A DNA stretch of 64,000 bases from Escherichia coli. Its GTDB lineage: Bacteria > Pseudomonadota > Gammaproteobacteria > Enterobacterales > Enterobacteriaceae. Position 1 is the stretch's first letter; each line of letters begins with the position of its first letter. The DNA lies in the NCBI RefSeq assembly GCF_013122565.1, contig NZ_CP053258.1. One strand, written 5' to 3'. This document shows, piece after piece, positions 24,308-38,393 of the stretch. Below the pieces are notes generated by a model. It worked only from the letters and a program-made list of their open reading frames with translations. It was not told the origin of the DNA and did not search any database. Both the position numbers and the translations under genes were made by a program.

Positions 24308-25171
24308 TTAGCTTGCGACGGCCATCCCCACGGTCATATGCAAACCATAGAATACGCCGCGACCGATTAATTCCCCTGCCAGAAGCAGAATGAATGAGAC
24401 AGATAGTAGCGGAACCGCAGGCTGATAACCTTTTAGCTGTGGTGCAATCCACAAGCACAGGGCAACAGCCAAAAGCACGATCCGCCAGGACATCAGCGCA
24501 CCATAGTCCGGCACCAGCGCTGCGGCCTGCTGCACAGAACTATGAATAGTCGCCAGCTCAGCGCCCTGCATCACTGACATCACTCCACTCACTACTAGTG
24601 CAAGTACAGAAATGGCTGGCAGCAGACGCATCGCCCAGCCATCGACGCCAGACAGACTCAGCAACAGGTAACCCAGTAACGGGCCGCCCATAAACATTGT
24701 CAGGAAGAAGCCCATCGGCGTCCAGATGCTGTACCAGGTCGGAACGGTATCAATGCTGTTATACACACGCACCATCATCCAGACAAAGATGACGCCAAGA
24801 ACCATCGTCACTACCAGCCACAGCGTACGCAATGCCGGTGACAGCTTTTTCAGCATTGCCAGCAACCAGCCGATGCCGCCTACGGCAAAAAAGATCGAAC
24901 CGCTGGCGATTTCGTTACTGAGTGCTGAAGCCCCTACCCGGTTGAGCGAGTTAAAAGCGCGCATCGGTGAACCAAGATGGAGCATAGAGGCGATAAAGCC
25001 AATGCCCATCAGCACCCATAAGCCAAACATGCAGGCGATAACACGCTGCTGGGCTTCTGCTCGCAGGTCGCCTTTGAGCAGCGCCAAAGCCAGAACGATA
25101 AAACCACCCGCCACACATTGCCCGAAGACCGTGAAGATCATCAGCGGCCATTCATGCCATCCACTTCCCAT
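24308..25171 (-). CDS. dmsC: DMSO reductase membrane anchor subunit
   Basis: ORF track 24308..25234; ATG at 25169-25171 (MGSGWHEWPLMIFTVFGQ...) gives 287 aa; polytopic; follows dmsB. Confidence 0.9.
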   Translation of the reverse strand: MGSGWHEWPLMIFTVFGQCVAGGFIVLALALLKGDLRAEAQQRVIACMFGLWVLMGIGFIASMLHLGSPMRAFNSLNRVGASALSNEIASGSIFFAVGGIGWLLAMLKKLSPALRTLWLVVTMVLGVIFVWMMVRVYNSIDTVPTWYSIWTPMGFFLTMFMGGPLLGYLLLSLSGVDGWAMRLLPAISVLALVVSGVMSVMQGAELATIHSSVQQAAALVPDYGALMSWRIVLLAVALCLWIAPQLKGYQPAVPLLSVSFILLLAGELIGRGVFYGLHMTVGMAVAS

Positions 25172-25172
25172 C

Positions 25173-25790
25173 TCACACCTCCTTCGGGTTTGCCAGATAG
25201 CCAGTGGTATCCCCGGTCGGGCGGCTATTGGCATTGGGTTTGATCACAATATTCGGTTTGGTAAAGTGAGCTCGCGGCAACGGCGCAACGGCCGCCAGAT
25301 CGCCATGTTTTTTACGCAGCTCGTCGATAGGGCCGAAATCCAGCGCCCGCAGCGGACAAGATTCAACACAGATCGGCTTTTTACCCTCCGCAACACGGTC
25401 ATAACAACCATCGCATTTGGTCATATGGCCTTTCGTTTCGTTATATTGCGGTGCGCCATACGGGCAAGCCATATGGCAGTAGCGGCAGCCAATGCACACA
25501 TCCTCATCGACCACAACAAAACCATCTTCACGTTTATGCATCGCACCGCTCGGGCAGACTTTAGTACAAGCCGGATCTTCGCAGTGGTTGCACGAGATCG
25601 ACAGATAGTAGGCAAACACGTTCTGGTGCCAGACACCGTTATCTTCCTGCCAGTCGCCACCAGCATATTCATAAATGCGGCGGAAGCTGACTTCTGGTGT
25701 CAAATCTTTGTAGTCTTTACAAGCCAGCTCGCAGGTTTTGCAACCGGTGCAACGGCTGGAATCAATAAAAAATCCATACTGGGTTGTCAT
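25173..25790 (-). CDS. dmsB: DMSO reductase iron-sulfur subunit
   Basis: 205 aa with four Cys-cluster ferredoxin motifs (CTGCKTCELAC, CNHCEDPAC, CIGCRYCHMAC, CDGC...). Confidence 0.95.
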   Translation of the reverse strand: MTTQYGFFIDSSRCTGCKTCELACKDYKDLTPEVSFRRIYEYAGGDWQEDNGVWHQNVFAYYLSISCNHCEDPACTKVCPSGAMHKREDGFVVVDEDVCIGCRYCHMACPYGAPQYNETKGHMTKCDGCYDRVAEGKKPICVESCPLRALDFGPIDELRKKHGDLAAVAPLPRAHFTKPNIVIKPNANSRPTGDTTGYLANPKEV

Positions 25791-25800
25791 CGGTTACTCC

Positions 25801-28245
25801 TTACACCTTTTCAACCTGAACAAGGTTTGTATGTGACGGATTCCCCTTAGCGAGAGGAGACGGACGTTGAGTGGTCAGTACGTTAATACAACCACCCTTA
25901 TCGACACGTTTTGCATCCGGGTCATACCAGGCACCTTCACCCAGTGCGACCACACCCGGCATCATTCGTGGCGTCACTTTCGCCTCAATATGAACCTCAC
26001 CACGATCGTTAAAGATCCTGACTTTATCGCCGTTGTGGATACCGCGTTTTTGGGCATCAAGCGGGTTGATCCACATTTCCTGACGGCAAGCCGCTTTCAG
26101 CACATCAACGTTGCCGTAAGTTGAGTGAACGCGAGATTTATAGTGGAAACCTGTAAGCTGCAGCGGATACTGTTTGTTCAGCGGATCCTGATAACTTTCA
26201 AAGCCCGGCGTGTAGATCGGCAGTGGATCGATCACATCGCCTTCTGGCAATTCCCAGGTAGCGGCAATGTCAGCCAGCGCCTGCGAATAAATCTCAATTT
26301 TGCCCGATGGCGTAGTCAGTGGGTTTGCCTGCGGATCTTCACGGAAGGCTTTATAAGCAACGTGATGCCCTTGTGGGTCGCGCTTTTTAAAGATCCCCTG
26401 CTTGCGGAACTCTTCAAACGTTGGCAGTTCAGGAATCGCTTCCCGCGACTGGGCATACAGATGCCGCATCCACTCTTCCTGGGTACGGCCTTCAGTAAAC
26501 TGTTGCTCAACGCCAAGACGTTTTGCCAGTTCGCTGGTCATTTCATAGATGGTCTTACATTCAAAGCGCGGTTTAATCACCTGATCGTTGAAAATCACGT
26601 AAGACATATTCCCGCAGGATGCATCCAGTGCAAAGTCCATCTGTTCGGAAGCGGTGCAGTCAGGCAGCAGGATGTCAGCATATTTCGCCGATGAGGTCAT
26701 GTGGCAGTCGATAACCACAATCAGCTCGCACTTCTTATCATCCTGGAGGATTTCATGGGTACGGTTGATTTCAGAATGCTGGTTAATCAGGCAGTTACCG
26801 GCATAGTTCCAGATCATTTTGATCGGCACATCCAGCTTATCTTTCCCGCGCACACCATCACGCAGCGCCGTCATTTCCGGGCCACGTTCAATGGCATCGG
26901 TCCACATAAACATAGAAATGCTGGTCTGGATCGGGTTTTCCAAGGTCGGCATACGGACAAACGGTAAGCTGTATGAACCTTCACGCGCGCCGCTGTTCCC
27001 TCCATTAATACCAACGTTACCGGTCAGAATCGCCAGCATCGAGATAGCACGGGTTGCGATTTCACCGTTAGCGTGACGCTGCGGGCCCCATCCCTGGCTG
27101 ATAAACGCCGGTTTGGTACTGCCGATTTCACGAGCCAGTTTGATGATTTTGTCTGCCGGAACACCGGTGATTTGCGAGGCCCATTCCGGTGTTTTAGCCA
27201 CGCCATCTGGCCCTTCACCCAGAATATAAGCTTTATAGTGGCCATTTTTCGGCGCACTGGCTGGCAGGGTTTTCTCATCGTAGCCAACGCAATATTTATC
27301 GAGGAATGCCTGATCCACCAGGTTTTCGGTGATCATGACATACGCCAGACCGTTAACCAGTGCGGCATCTGTTCCCGGACGAATAGGGATCCACTCATCT
27401 TCGCGCCCGGCACCGGTGTCGGTATAGCGCGGATCGATGATGATCATGCGGGCATTAGATTTCTGGCGTGCCTGTTCAAGATAGTAAGTCACCCCACCGC
27501 CACTCATTCGCGTTTCGCCAGGGTTATTACCAAACAGCACTACCAGTTTACTGTTTTCGATATCCGACGGGCTGTTACCATCTGCCCAGCCGCCGTAGGT
27601 ATAGTTCAAACCTTCCGCAATTTGCGCGGAAGAGTAGTCACCGTAATGGTTCAGATAACCGCCGCAGCAGTTCATCAGGCGCGCAACCAGGGTATTTCCC
27701 GGGGGCCAGGAGCGGGTCATGGTGCCGCCCAGCGTACCGGTGCCATAGTTCAGATAGATGGATTCGTTGCCGTACTCTTTGATCAGGCGCTGCATATTGG
27801 TCGCGATGATGTCGTAGGCTTCTTCCCAGCTAATGCGCTCGAATTTGCCTTCACCGCGCGCCCCGACTCGTTTCATCGGATATTTCAGGCGGTCCGGATT
27901 ATAGACACGGCGACGCATGGAACGCCCACGCAAACAGGCGCGAACCTGGTGCAGGCCGTCGTAATTGTCATCGCCGGTATTGTCCGTTTCGACATATTTG
28001 ATTTCACCGTCCACGACGTGCATACGTAGCGGGCAGCGACTACCACAGTTAACTGTACAGGCGCTCCAGATAACCTTTTCGTCTGATTTTGTTGGAATGG
28101 CGCTATCGACAGCGTGCGCAATCCGACTAAAAGGTAATGTTAATGCGCTGCTGGCCATTGCCAGGCCGCCGATCGCTGTCGTTTTTACCAAACCACGGCG
28201 ACTCACCTCAGCAGCCAATACCGCATCAGGGATTTTCGTTTTCAT
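25801..28245 (-). CDS. dmsA: DMSO reductase catalytic molybdopterin subunit (Tat-exported)
   Basis: 814 aa; twin-arginine signal (VSRRGLVKTTAIGG), N-terminal Cys cluster, molybdopterin oxidoreductase body. Confidence 0.95.
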   Translation of the reverse strand: MKTKIPDAVLAAEVSRRGLVKTTAIGGLAMASSALTLPFSRIAHAVDSAIPTKSDEKVIWSACTVNCGSRCPLRMHVVDGEIKYVETDNTGDDNYDGLHQVRACLRGRSMRRRVYNPDRLKYPMKRVGARGEGKFERISWEEAYDIIATNMQRLIKEYGNESIYLNYGTGTLGGTMTRSWPPGNTLVARLMNCCGGYLNHYGDYSSAQIAEGLNYTYGGWADGNSPSDIENSKLVVLFGNNPGETRMSGGGVTYYLEQARQKSNARMIIIDPRYTDTGAGREDEWIPIRPGTDAALVNGLAYVMITENLVDQAFLDKYCVGYDEKTLPASAPKNGHYKAYILGEGPDGVAKTPEWASQITGVPADKIIKLAREIGSTKPAFISQGWGPQRHANGEIATRAISMLAILTGNVGINGGNSGAREGSYSLPFVRMPTLENPIQTSISMFMWTDAIERGPEMTALRDGVRGKDKLDVPIKMIWNYAGNCLINQHSEINRTHEILQDDKKCELIVVIDCHMTSSAKYADILLPDCTASEQMDFALDASCGNMSYVIFNDQVIKPRFECKTIYEMTSELAKRLGVEQQFTEGRTQEEWMRHLYAQSREAIPELPTFEEFRKQGIFKKRDPQGHHVAYKAFREDPQANPLTTPSGKIEIYSQALADIAATWELPEGDVIDPLPIYTPGFESYQDPLNKQYPLQLTGFHYKSRVHSTYGNVDVLKAACRQEMWINPLDAQKRGIHNGDKVRIFNDRGEVHIEAKVTPRMMPGVVALGEGAWYDPDAKRVDKGGCINVLTTQRPSPLAKGNPSHTNLVQVEKV

Positions 28246-28415
28246 AATGGCTCACTCAAGCTTGCTCACGATTGATTCCAGTAACAAACCGTATTGTGTA
28301 ATTATTTCTATAGCAGTTCGCTATATAGGCTTGTATACATCGAATGATTTGAAAATCAAAGAGATAGGTAGATTTTCACTCGAAAGTAGTATTACGTGTA
28401 AGTGAGGAGTAATTA

Positions 28416-28429
28416 TTGTTCGGTATCAA
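28416..28429 (-). promoter_or_regulatory. FNR binding site of the dmsABC promoter
   Basis: Minus strand reads TTGATaccgAACAA, which I recall as the FNR half-consensus site described for dmsA; it lies about 170-185 bp upstream of the dmsA start. Confidence 0.6.
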
Positions 28430-28435
28430 AGGGAG

Positions 28436-28463
28436 ACAAAAAAAGCGCCCGCAGGCGCTTTTT
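28436..28463 (-). terminator. Terminator downstream of serS
   Basis: A-tract, hairpin agcgcccGCAgggcgct, then T-tract about 20 nt 3' of the serS stop; looks bidirectional. Confidence 0.6.
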
Positions 28464-28483
28464 AGATTCAGAAAAATTGGGTA

Positions 28484-29797
<1,314 letters not shown>

Positions 29798-29866
29798 TTA
29801 AATGGGAGATGTGGCCACAGCCTGCGACCACAGGGATACAGTAACAACATTACCGCAACGATAACA

Positions 29867-31210
29867 TTAACGGTAGCGTTTTATGGGGCTATTTTGATCC
29901 TGTTCAGCCAGCCAGGCGAGCTTTTCGCCAATCTTGCCTTCAAGGCCCCTGTTTGTCGGGAAATAATAGCGTGTTTGTGCTATTTCCGGCGGGAAGTAAA
30001 CCTCACCGGCAGCATAAGCGTTTGCTTCATCATGAGCGTAACGATATTCCTGCCCGTAGCCCATTTCCTTCATTAATTTCGTCGGCGCATTACGCAAATG
30101 AACCGGTACGTCATAATCCGGACGTTCGCGAGCATCTGCCAACGCGGCTTTAAACGCAGTGTAGACAGCGTTACTTTTTGGCGCGCAGGCCAGGTAAACA
30201 ATCGCCTGGGCAATGGCGCGTTCACCTTCCGCCGGGCCAACGCGAGTAAAGCAATCCCAGGCCGCAATTGCCACCTGCATCGCTCGTGGATCAGCATTAC
30301 CCACATCTTCAGACGCTATCGCCAAACAGCGACGCGCGACATATAACGGATCGCCACCGGCGGTAATAATTCGCGCATACCAGTATAGCGCCGCATCGGG
30401 TGCGCTACCACGTACCGACTTATGCAGTGCGGAAATGAGATCGTAAAAGCGATCGCCTTTGTTATCAAAGCGGGCGCTTCGCTCACCGGCGATTTCGGTC
30501 AGTAATTCAGGCTTCAGGACCCGCTTACCGCTATCATCGACTTCGGCCATATCCGCCATCATTTCCAGCGTATTTAACGCCCGGCGCGCGTCGCCATTCA
30601 CCAGTTCAGCAATGGCGCGTCGTGTTTCATCTGGCAGAACAATATCCTGACCACCATAGCCACGGGTTTTGTCTTCCATCGCCTGAGTTAGTACTTGCTC
30701 AATATCCTCTGTACTCAGGGATTTCAACAGATAGACACGGGCACGGGAAAGCAGTGCCGAATTAAGCTCAAACGACGGGTTTTCAGTGGTTGCGCCAATA
30801 AAAGTGATGGTGCCGTCTTCAATATGTGGCAGGAATGCATCCTGCTGGCTTTTGTTGAAACGGTGAACTTCGTCAACAAAAAGAATAGTGCGGCGACCTG
30901 CATTGCGGTTTTGCCGGGCGCGCTCGATCGCCTCGCGAATCTCTTTCACGCCAGAGGTGACGGCAGAAATACGTTCCACATCAGCGTTCGCATAGCGGGC
31001 AATCACTTCAGCGAGGGTTGTTTTGCCGGTACCCGGTGGCCCCCAGAGGATCATAGAATGTAAATGCCCGGCTTCGATAGCGCGCGGCAACGGCTTCCCC
31101 GCAGCCAGCAAATGTTGCTGACCGATATACTGTGCTAAATTTTCTGGCCGCATACGCGCGGCCAGAGGTTGAAAAGTATTATCCGAAAAATCGAGCGACA
31201 GATTGCTCAC
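29867..31210 (-). CDS. rarA: Replication-associated recombination protein A (AAA+ ATPase)
   Basis: 447 aa, GTG start; Walker [10 protein letters not shown]. Confidence 0.95.
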
Positions 31211-31220
31211 TCAGGTGCCT

Positions 31221-31832
31221 CTACTTACGTTGATCATCTACCGTGACGCCTTGCGGCGGGGTGAAGGTAAATTTCGCTGCATCCACAGCCCCATTTTGCT
31301 GGGATTTCAGCTGATAACTGCTGCGCTGATCGTCCTGCTCCACCGCGCTAAACTGATGGATTGTGCCATCACGTCCCACGTTAATGGTGAACTGCTTCAG
31401 ATTGCCATTGCTGGCTTTCGGCGTCAGGACAAAATCATCGCCATTCTGTTTGATATTGTACTGCTGCCAGTCGCTGGACTGGTTGCGGGCAATCAGCATA
31501 AACGGCGTATTACCGGTGGCATCTTTCAGCCAGGTTGCCGTAGCTTGCTCAACGAACGGGTTATAGAACCACAGTGTTTTACCGTCAGAAACCAGAATGC
31601 TTTCATCAGGTTGTGTCATATGCCAGTTGAATAAGTTTGGACGTTTCACCCACAGATCGCCCTGACCTTCCTGCACCGCCGCGCCGCTACCGTCAGTCAC
31701 TTTTTGTGTGAAGCTGGCGTGGAAGCTGCTGACTTTATCCAGGCGGCTTTTCAGATCGCTTGCGGCATCAGCCCAAACGCTGCTTGCTACTAAGCTTGAG
31801 AGTAATGCACAGGTGATGGCAATTTTTTTCAT
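31221..31832 (-). CDS. lolA: Periplasmic lipoprotein chaperone
   Basis: ORF track 31221..31835 (MMKKIAIT...); second ATG gives 203 aa with a signal peptide ...SSVWA. Confidence 0.93.
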
Positions 31833-31986
31833 CATTATTCCTCAAATTACGTCACTCCCGATCGGGAGTTCCCTCTACTCTCTATTCCAGGCTAATAATC
31901 AGCTTGAGGAAAGAAGAAAATACTGAATTTTCAGTTGATAGAGTGCCGGATGCGACGCTACCGCGCCTTATCCGGCAATGCATTAA

Positions 31987-34900
31987 TTAGTCAAACGGCG
32001 GTGGGGCCAGCACTTCACGATTACCGTTGTGCCCCTGTTCGCTGACAATCCCCTGCGCTTCCATCTGTTCGATAATACGCGCTGCACGGTTATAACCAAT
32101 GCGGAACTGACGCTGTACGCCTGAAATTGACGCTTTGCGTTTTTCAGTGACAAACTGCACCGCCTGATCGAACAACGGATCCAGTTCTTCAGCGCCATCG
32201 AAACCGCCCGCGCCACCTTCGCTTTCGCTGTCGGAGGTGATGCCATCAACATACTGTGGGCGACCACGCGCTTTCCAGTCCTGCACCACGGCATGAACTT
32301 CCTGATCGCGAACAAAAGCACCATGGACACGTACCGGTAACGTGGAGTTCGGCCCAGAGTAGAGCATATCCCCCATACCCAGCAGTGATTCCGCACCAGC
32401 CTGATCAAGAATGGTACGTGAGTCAATCTTACTGGATACGGTAAAGGCGATACGGGTCGGAATATTCGCTTTAATCAGACCAGTAATAACATCAACCGAT
32501 GGACGCTGAGTTGCCAGTACGAGGTGGATACCCGCGGCACGGGCTTTTTGCGCCAGACGTGCTATCAGCTCTTCCACTTTTTTACCTACCGTCATCATCA
32601 GGTCGGCAAATTCGTCCACCAACACCACAATGTATGGTTCTTTTTTCAGCACCGGATGCTGGGCGTCCATACTGTCACCCGGCTTCCAGTACGGGTCTGG
32701 AATCGGACGCATCATGCGATCGGCTTCAGCAATTTTTTCGTTATAACCCGCCAGATTACGCACACCCAGCGCAGACATCAGTTTATAACGACGCTCCATC
32801 TCGTTAACACACCAGCGCAGCGCGTTGGCGGCATCTTTCATATCAGTAACGACTTCCGTTAACAGGTGCGGAATGCCTTCATAAACCGAAAGCTCCAGCA
32901 TTTTCGGGTCGATCATGATGAAACGCACATCTTCTGGCTGCGCTTTATAAAGCATGCTCAGGATCATCGCGTTCACACCGACAGACTTACCGGAACCGGT
33001 AGTCCCCGCAACCAACAAGTGCGGCATTTTCGCCAGATCGGCAACCACCGGCTCACCGGCGATATCTTTACCCAGCACCACGGTTAATGGCGACGGATTA
33101 TCGCGGAATTTGGCGTTATCCAAAACTTCGCGCAGATATACGGTTTGTCGTTTTTTATTCGGTAACTCCAGACCTACATAGGGTTTGCCAGGAATAACTT
33201 CAACGACACGCACCGCCACCGTCGAAAGTGAACGGGCAAGGTCCCGTGACAAGTTAGAAATGCGCGCCGCTTTTACGCCAGGAGCCAAGTTAAGTTCAAA
33301 GCGAGTGATAACTGGCCCCGGAGAGTAATTGACGACATCGGCTTTAATACGGAAATCAGCCAGACGCGCTTCCACCAGGCGCGCCATTTGTTCAAGCGCA
33401 AAGGCATCTACCGGCTCCACTTCGCTCGGCGGAGGTGTCAGCAAATCCAGAGAAGGCAGCGGCGTCGTCGGTTTATGCAACGGACGGCTGTCGCCATTAC
33501 GCATCAACAGCGGATGAAGCAGGGTATCCTGCGGCTGTGGCGCAACTGGCTGTTGTGGCTGCTGATACTGCGGCTGCGGTGCAACCGGTTGTTGCGGCTG
33601 CTGATACTGCGGCTGCGGTGCAACCGGTTGTTGCGGCTGTTGATACTGCGGCTGCGGCGCAACTGGTTGTTGCGGCTGCTGATATTGCTGCTGTGGCGCA
33701 ACCGGTTGTTGCGGCTGCTGATATTGTGGCTGCGGCGCAACCTGCTGTTGTGGCTGCTGATACTGCGGCTGCGGCGCAACCGGCTGTTGCGGCTGCTGAT
33801 ATTGCTGCTGTGGCGCAACCGGTTGTTGCGGCTGCTGTACAGGTTCAACAATTGGCGTAAACAGCGGTTCGTGTGGACCATCATCCAGCAACGCTTTCAT
33901 TGGCGAAAATTCAAAATCATCCAGCGAGAACGGATTCGCCCCAGCCGGTTGTTCGCCGGAATAACGTTGTTGTTGAGTTTGCGCAAACTGACGAGCCAGT
34001 TCAGCCTCTGCCGCAGCATCTGCATCTTCTGCGTTTACGGGCACATCATGTTGATACTGTTCGCCATAGCGTTGCTGCTGTGTCTGGGCGAACTGACGTG
34101 CCAGTTCATCCTGCTGCATCGCATCGATTTCATCATCGTTGTACTGATCGCCAGAATCGTACTGATTGCGCTGGGCTTCACGGGCTTTTTCTTCCGCCGC
34201 ACGCTGTGAGGGCAGCTTAATACCGTAAGACGCCAATTCACGACGAGTTGGCACGCGGATACGTTTCGGTCGTGGCAACTGCGGGCCAATCCCCTCTTTG
34301 ACCTGCGGACGCGGTCCACCGCTATTTGCCAGACTGAAGACTGGCGCGGCAACGGTTGCGGCAGCCCCCGTCGCCAGTGTCGCTTTTTTCACGCCAGATG
34401 CCAGCGGAGAAACAGCGGCAGCGGCTTCTACTGGAGGTACTGCTGCAACAGAAGGTGCTTTCAGCGAAGATTTGATCGGTTCTGGTTCTTTAACCGGTTC
34501 TGGAATCGGTTGATACCAGGCCGCAAGTTGTTCACGTTCACGGGCTCGCTTCTCTTCCACTTCTTCAAAGTAGTAAAGCGGCGGACGCGCGGGTTTTGTC
34601 TCTTCTACAACGGGTTCAGGCTCCACAACAGGCTGCTGTTCAACAGGTTGCGGCTGTTGGTACAACGGCTCCTGAGCGGCTGGCTGCTGATAAGTTTGCT
34701 CAGTCTGGTATGTAGACTGTGGAGCAAAAGTGGATTGCTGCTCTTCGGCTTGCCAGGCGTTACCTGCCACCGGTTGTTCTGGCGCAGGGGCATAATACGG
34801 CTGTTGCGCAGGCTGTTCCGGCGCAGTTGCGTAATACGGTTGCTGAACAGGTTGTTCCGCCGCAGGAGCGTAGTAAGGTTGTTGCGCAGGTTGTTCAGCT

Positions 34901-36132
34901 GCAGGTGCATAATACGGCTGATGCGGCTGTACTGGTTGTTGCAGCGGCTCATTATATTGCACTGCAGGCTGCGCATATTGTGACTGCTGTGGGTAACCTT
35001 CCGGTGCAGGAGCAATAACCGGCTCTCCCGTTTGTGGACCCGGTACAGGCTGCCAGGCTACTGTAGGTTGCGAAGGTGGAACATCAACAGAGGCAACAGG
35101 CGGCGTCTGAGTCACAGGTTCAACCGACGCAGCCCAGCTTTGTGTCGCCGTGGTAGCAGCAGCTGCTACAGCGACAGGTTCGGTAATTGGCGCACCGTTT
35201 AATAATGGATCGTATTCGTCATATTCTGGCTGCGTTGCACGATTGCCCGAAAATAGGACGTCGTCAGGGTCGGCAACCACACCGCGTGCAGTGTAGGTAA
35301 TCTCTTCTTCATCATCCATCCGCTTACCGGAGAACAGCGCAGCATCTGTTTGCCGCCCCATCGGATTAATGAATTTTTCCGCCAACCGTTTACGACGCGC
35401 TAGCGCGCCGCGAAGAATACGGGCACGGCGTGATTCATGCTGTTTGCCGTGATTTTCATCTTCATACTCTTCGTCGTCTTCATACTCATCTTCATCGACC
35501 CAGGTATCATCGCGACGGGTACGATTACTGGCGAAGGTGAGAATGTTTAAAATCCAGCCGCCGAGTTTTTCAGCAATGGTCACCCATGACCAACCGGTGA
35601 ACAACGTCAGGCCCGCTGCCCAAACGCAGAGCAGCGCAATAGTTCCCCCGCTACTGTGTAGCAGTGGTTGTAGCGTAGTGCTTAGTAAGCTGCCAATGAC
35701 GCCACCGGAGGCAAAATACCAGATATCGTCAGCGTTGATTGCCGCCAGACCACAGGAGGTAAGGATGAGCGCCAAAACGCCAATGATGCGTAGCGAAACG
35801 GCAAAATAATCAATGTATTCGTCGCTGGACTGATGACGCCAGGCAAACCAACAACCGCCGACAATAATGACGGGAATGGTGTAAGCCATCACGCCAAAAA
35901 TAAAGAACAGCGTATCTGCCAGCCATGCACCGGGCATTCCACCTAAATTATGGATAGGTTCATGCCAGGCCGTTTGCGACCAGCTGGGGTCCGAAGGGTT
36001 AAAGCTTAGTAAGGCAGCCATCAACCAGACGGCAAACAGGACAATAAGGATCAGCAACGCCTCCAGAAGGCGGCGGCCGCTACTTAACTTTGTCAATGTG
36101 ACTTCTTTGTCTTCAGTGTATTCCTGGCTCAA
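31987..36132 (-). CDS. ftsK: DNA translocase FtsK (divisome / chromosome dimer resolution)
   Basis: 1381 aa, TTG start; N-terminal TM domain, Pro/Gln-rich linker with tandem 13-aa repeats, C-terminal motor with Walker A GTTGSGKS and gamma domain. Confidence 0.95.
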   Translation of the reverse strand: MSQEYTEDKEVTLTKLSSGRRLLEALLILIVLFAVWLMAALLSFNPSDPSWSQTAWHEPIHNLGGMPGAWLADTLFFIFGVMAYTIPVIIVGGCWFAWRHQSSDEYIDYFAVSLRIIGVLALILTSCGLAAINADDIWYFASGGVIGSLLSTTLQPLLHSSGGTIALLCVWAAGLTLFTGWSWVTIAEKLGGWILNILTFASNRTRRDDTWVDEDEYEDDEEYEDENHGKQHESRRARILRGALARRKRLAEKFINPMGRQTDAALFSGKRMDDEEEITYTARGVVADPDDVLFSGNRATQPEYDEYDPLLNGAPITEPVAVAAAATTATQSWAASVEPVTQTPPVASVDVPPSQPTVAWQPVPGPQTGEPVIAPAPEGYPQQSQYAQPAVQYNEPLQQPVQPHQPYYAPAAEQPAQQPYYAPAAEQPVQQPYYATAPEQPAQQPYYAPAPEQPVAGNAWQAEEQQSTFAPQSTYQTEQTYQQPAAQEPLYQQPQPVEQQPVVEPEPVVEETKPARPPLYYFEEVEEKRAREREQLAAWYQPIPEPVKEPEPIKSSLKAPSVAAVPPVEAAAAVSPLASGVKKATLATGAAATVAAPVFSLANSGGPRPQVKEGIGPQLPRPKRIRVPTRRELASYGIKLPSQRAAEEKAREAQRNQYDSGDQYNDDEIDAMQQDELARQFAQTQQQRYGEQYQHDVPVNAEDADAAAEAELARQFAQTQQQRYSGEQPAGANPFSLDDFEFSPMKALLDDGPHEPLFTPIVEPVQQPQQPVAPQQQYQQPQQPVAPQPQYQQPQQQVAPQPQYQQPQQPVAPQQQYQQPQQPVAPQPQYQQPQQPVAPQPQYQQPQQPVAPQPQYQQPQQPVAPQPQDTLLHPLLMRNGDSRPLHKPTTPLPSLDLLTPPPSEVEPVDAFALEQMARLVEARLADFRIKADVVNYSPGPVITRFELNLAPGVKAARISNLSRDLARSLSTVAVRVVEVIPGKPYVGLELPNKKRQTVYLREVLDNAKFRDNPSPLTVVLGKDIAGEPVVADLAKMPHLLVAGTTGSGKSVGVNAMILSMLYKAQPEDVRFIMIDPKMLELSVYEGIPHLLTEVVTDMKDAANALRWCVNEMERRYKLMSALGVRNLAGYNEKIAEADRMMRPIPDPYWKPGDSMDAQHPVLKKEPYIVVLVDEFADLMMTVGKKVEELIARLAQKARAAGIHLVLATQRPSVDVITGLIKANIPTRIAFTVSSKIDSRTILDQAGAESLLGMGDMLYSGPNSTLPVRVHGAFVRDQEVHAVVQDWKARGRPQYVDGITSDSESEGGAGGFDGAEELDPLFDQAVQFVTEKRKASISGVQRQFRIGYNRAARIIEQMEAQGIVSEQGHNGNREVLAPPPFD
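33525..33845 (-). repeat. About 8 tandem copies of a 39-bp repeat inside ftsK (encodes [10 protein letters not shown](P/Q)QY units)
   Basis: Plus strand shows ctgcggctgcggYgcaaccggttgttgcggctgctgata repeated head-to-tail with minor variants. Confidence 0.9.
34770..34925 (-). repeat. About 4 tandem copies of a second 39-bp repeat inside ftsK (encodes PYYAPA(A/P)EQP(A/V)QQ units)
   Basis: Plus strand shows ggttgttcYgg/cgcaggRgcataatacggctgttgcgca-like units repeated four times. Confidence 0.85.
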
Positions 36133-36266
36133 GAAAGGCTCTCCAGGTTACAGGCTTTTCCTGCCCGATGCTAAAACGGACAACAGTACCAGGTTACCCC
36201 AGTACTGTTGCTGTATGGATTAACAGGAGTGTAATCAAAATACGCCGATTTTGCACCTGTTCCGTG

Positions 36267-36761
36267 TTAGCGCGTCTTTATAACCAGACGATTACTCTGC
36301 TTGACTTCTTCCATAACAACGTATGTCCGTGTGTCATTGACGCCAGGCAGACGCAGCAGGGTTTCCCCCAGCAACTTACGGTAAGCTGACATATCCGGCA
36401 CGCGTGTTTTCAACAGGTAGTCGAAATCACCAGATACTAAATGACACTCCTGAATTTCTTCAAGTTTTTGTACAGCGGTATTGAATTGTTCAAACACATC
36501 CGGTGCGCCACGATTCAGAGTAATCTCAACGAATACCAGAAGTGATGCATCCAGATAATGGGGGTTCAGCAGCGCAGTATAGCCCTGAATAAACCCTTGT
36601 CTTTCCAGCCGACGCACACGCTCAAGGCACGGCGTTGGGGAAAGTCCCACACGTTTAGAAAGCTCGACGTTAGAAATACGCCCATCCTTTTGCAACTCAT
36701 TAAGAATGTTACGATCGATACGGTCGAGATCTTTGCCAGGGCGCTTCTTGCTATCTACCAT
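36267..36761 (-). CDS. lrp: Leucine-responsive regulatory protein
   Basis: ORF track 36267..36815; ATG at 36759-36761 (MVDSKKRPGKDLDRIDRNILNELQKDGRISNVELSKRVGLSPTPCLERV...) gives 164 aa. Confidence 0.96.
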   Translation of the reverse strand: MVDSKKRPGKDLDRIDRNILNELQKDGRISNVELSKRVGLSPTPCLERVRRLERQGFIQGYTALLNPHYLDASLLVFVEITLNRGAPDVFEQFNTAVQKLEEIQECHLVSGDFDYLLKTRVPDMSAYRKLLGETLLRLPGVNDTRTYVVMEEVKQSNRLVIKTR

Positions 36762-37188
36762 TATTATTGTCTCTCTGTATTCCTTCCCTACTCCTGTCTG
36801 ACCCTGAAACATCACTGTTCAGAGTCGCTACCCGTCACGATAGACCGAAATCATGAAGATTCACGGCGCGCAATGCCTGGGTCTACGGTGAGAAGACCGT
36901 TGCCTTGTGGCAGCTATCGACATCACGAATGGCGTCTGTCCACGCCATACGTAGATTTCACTAGCACGGTAAACATGGTATTTACATGCATGGTTATGCG
37001 CATATAAGAATACTGTTTTTTTTCTTCCTCGAATGTTTTCGCAAAACACCAGGGGATTGTCAAAGCAAAACATCGATTTTTAGTACAACATGCCAGATAT
37101 TCATTAACAGGGGCGTTTATTCATCATTTAATCGGCTTATAAAGCGGGAAATTTAAGTAGCAGAGGTGATAATGACGGGAGAATTTGA

Positions 37189-38271
<1,083 letters not shown>

Positions 38272-38393
38272 TTTTACAAATCAGTAACAAAAGTAAAGAA
38301 GGCGACACCATGCGACTATGGGTCGCCTTTATTTTTTCCTCGTTGTAACATTGCTCTGCAAATAATTCTGATAACTCACCTGCTAAGCGTGCA

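Noticed and set aside
27073-28029. 318-aa plus-strand ORF antisense to dmsA, plus other 60-190 aa antisense ORFs inside msbA, ycaI, aroA, serC, clpA, macB, ybjD and others
   Set aside because: All lie wholly inside well-supported genes on the opposite strand, with no RBS or domain-like sequence; treated as antisense artefacts.
33388-34983. Several ORFs of 100-270 aa on both strands inside the ftsK linker region
   Set aside because: They are alternative-frame readings of the Pro/Gln-rich tandem repeats, giving poly-Arg/Leu or poly-Ala/Val low-complexity strings.
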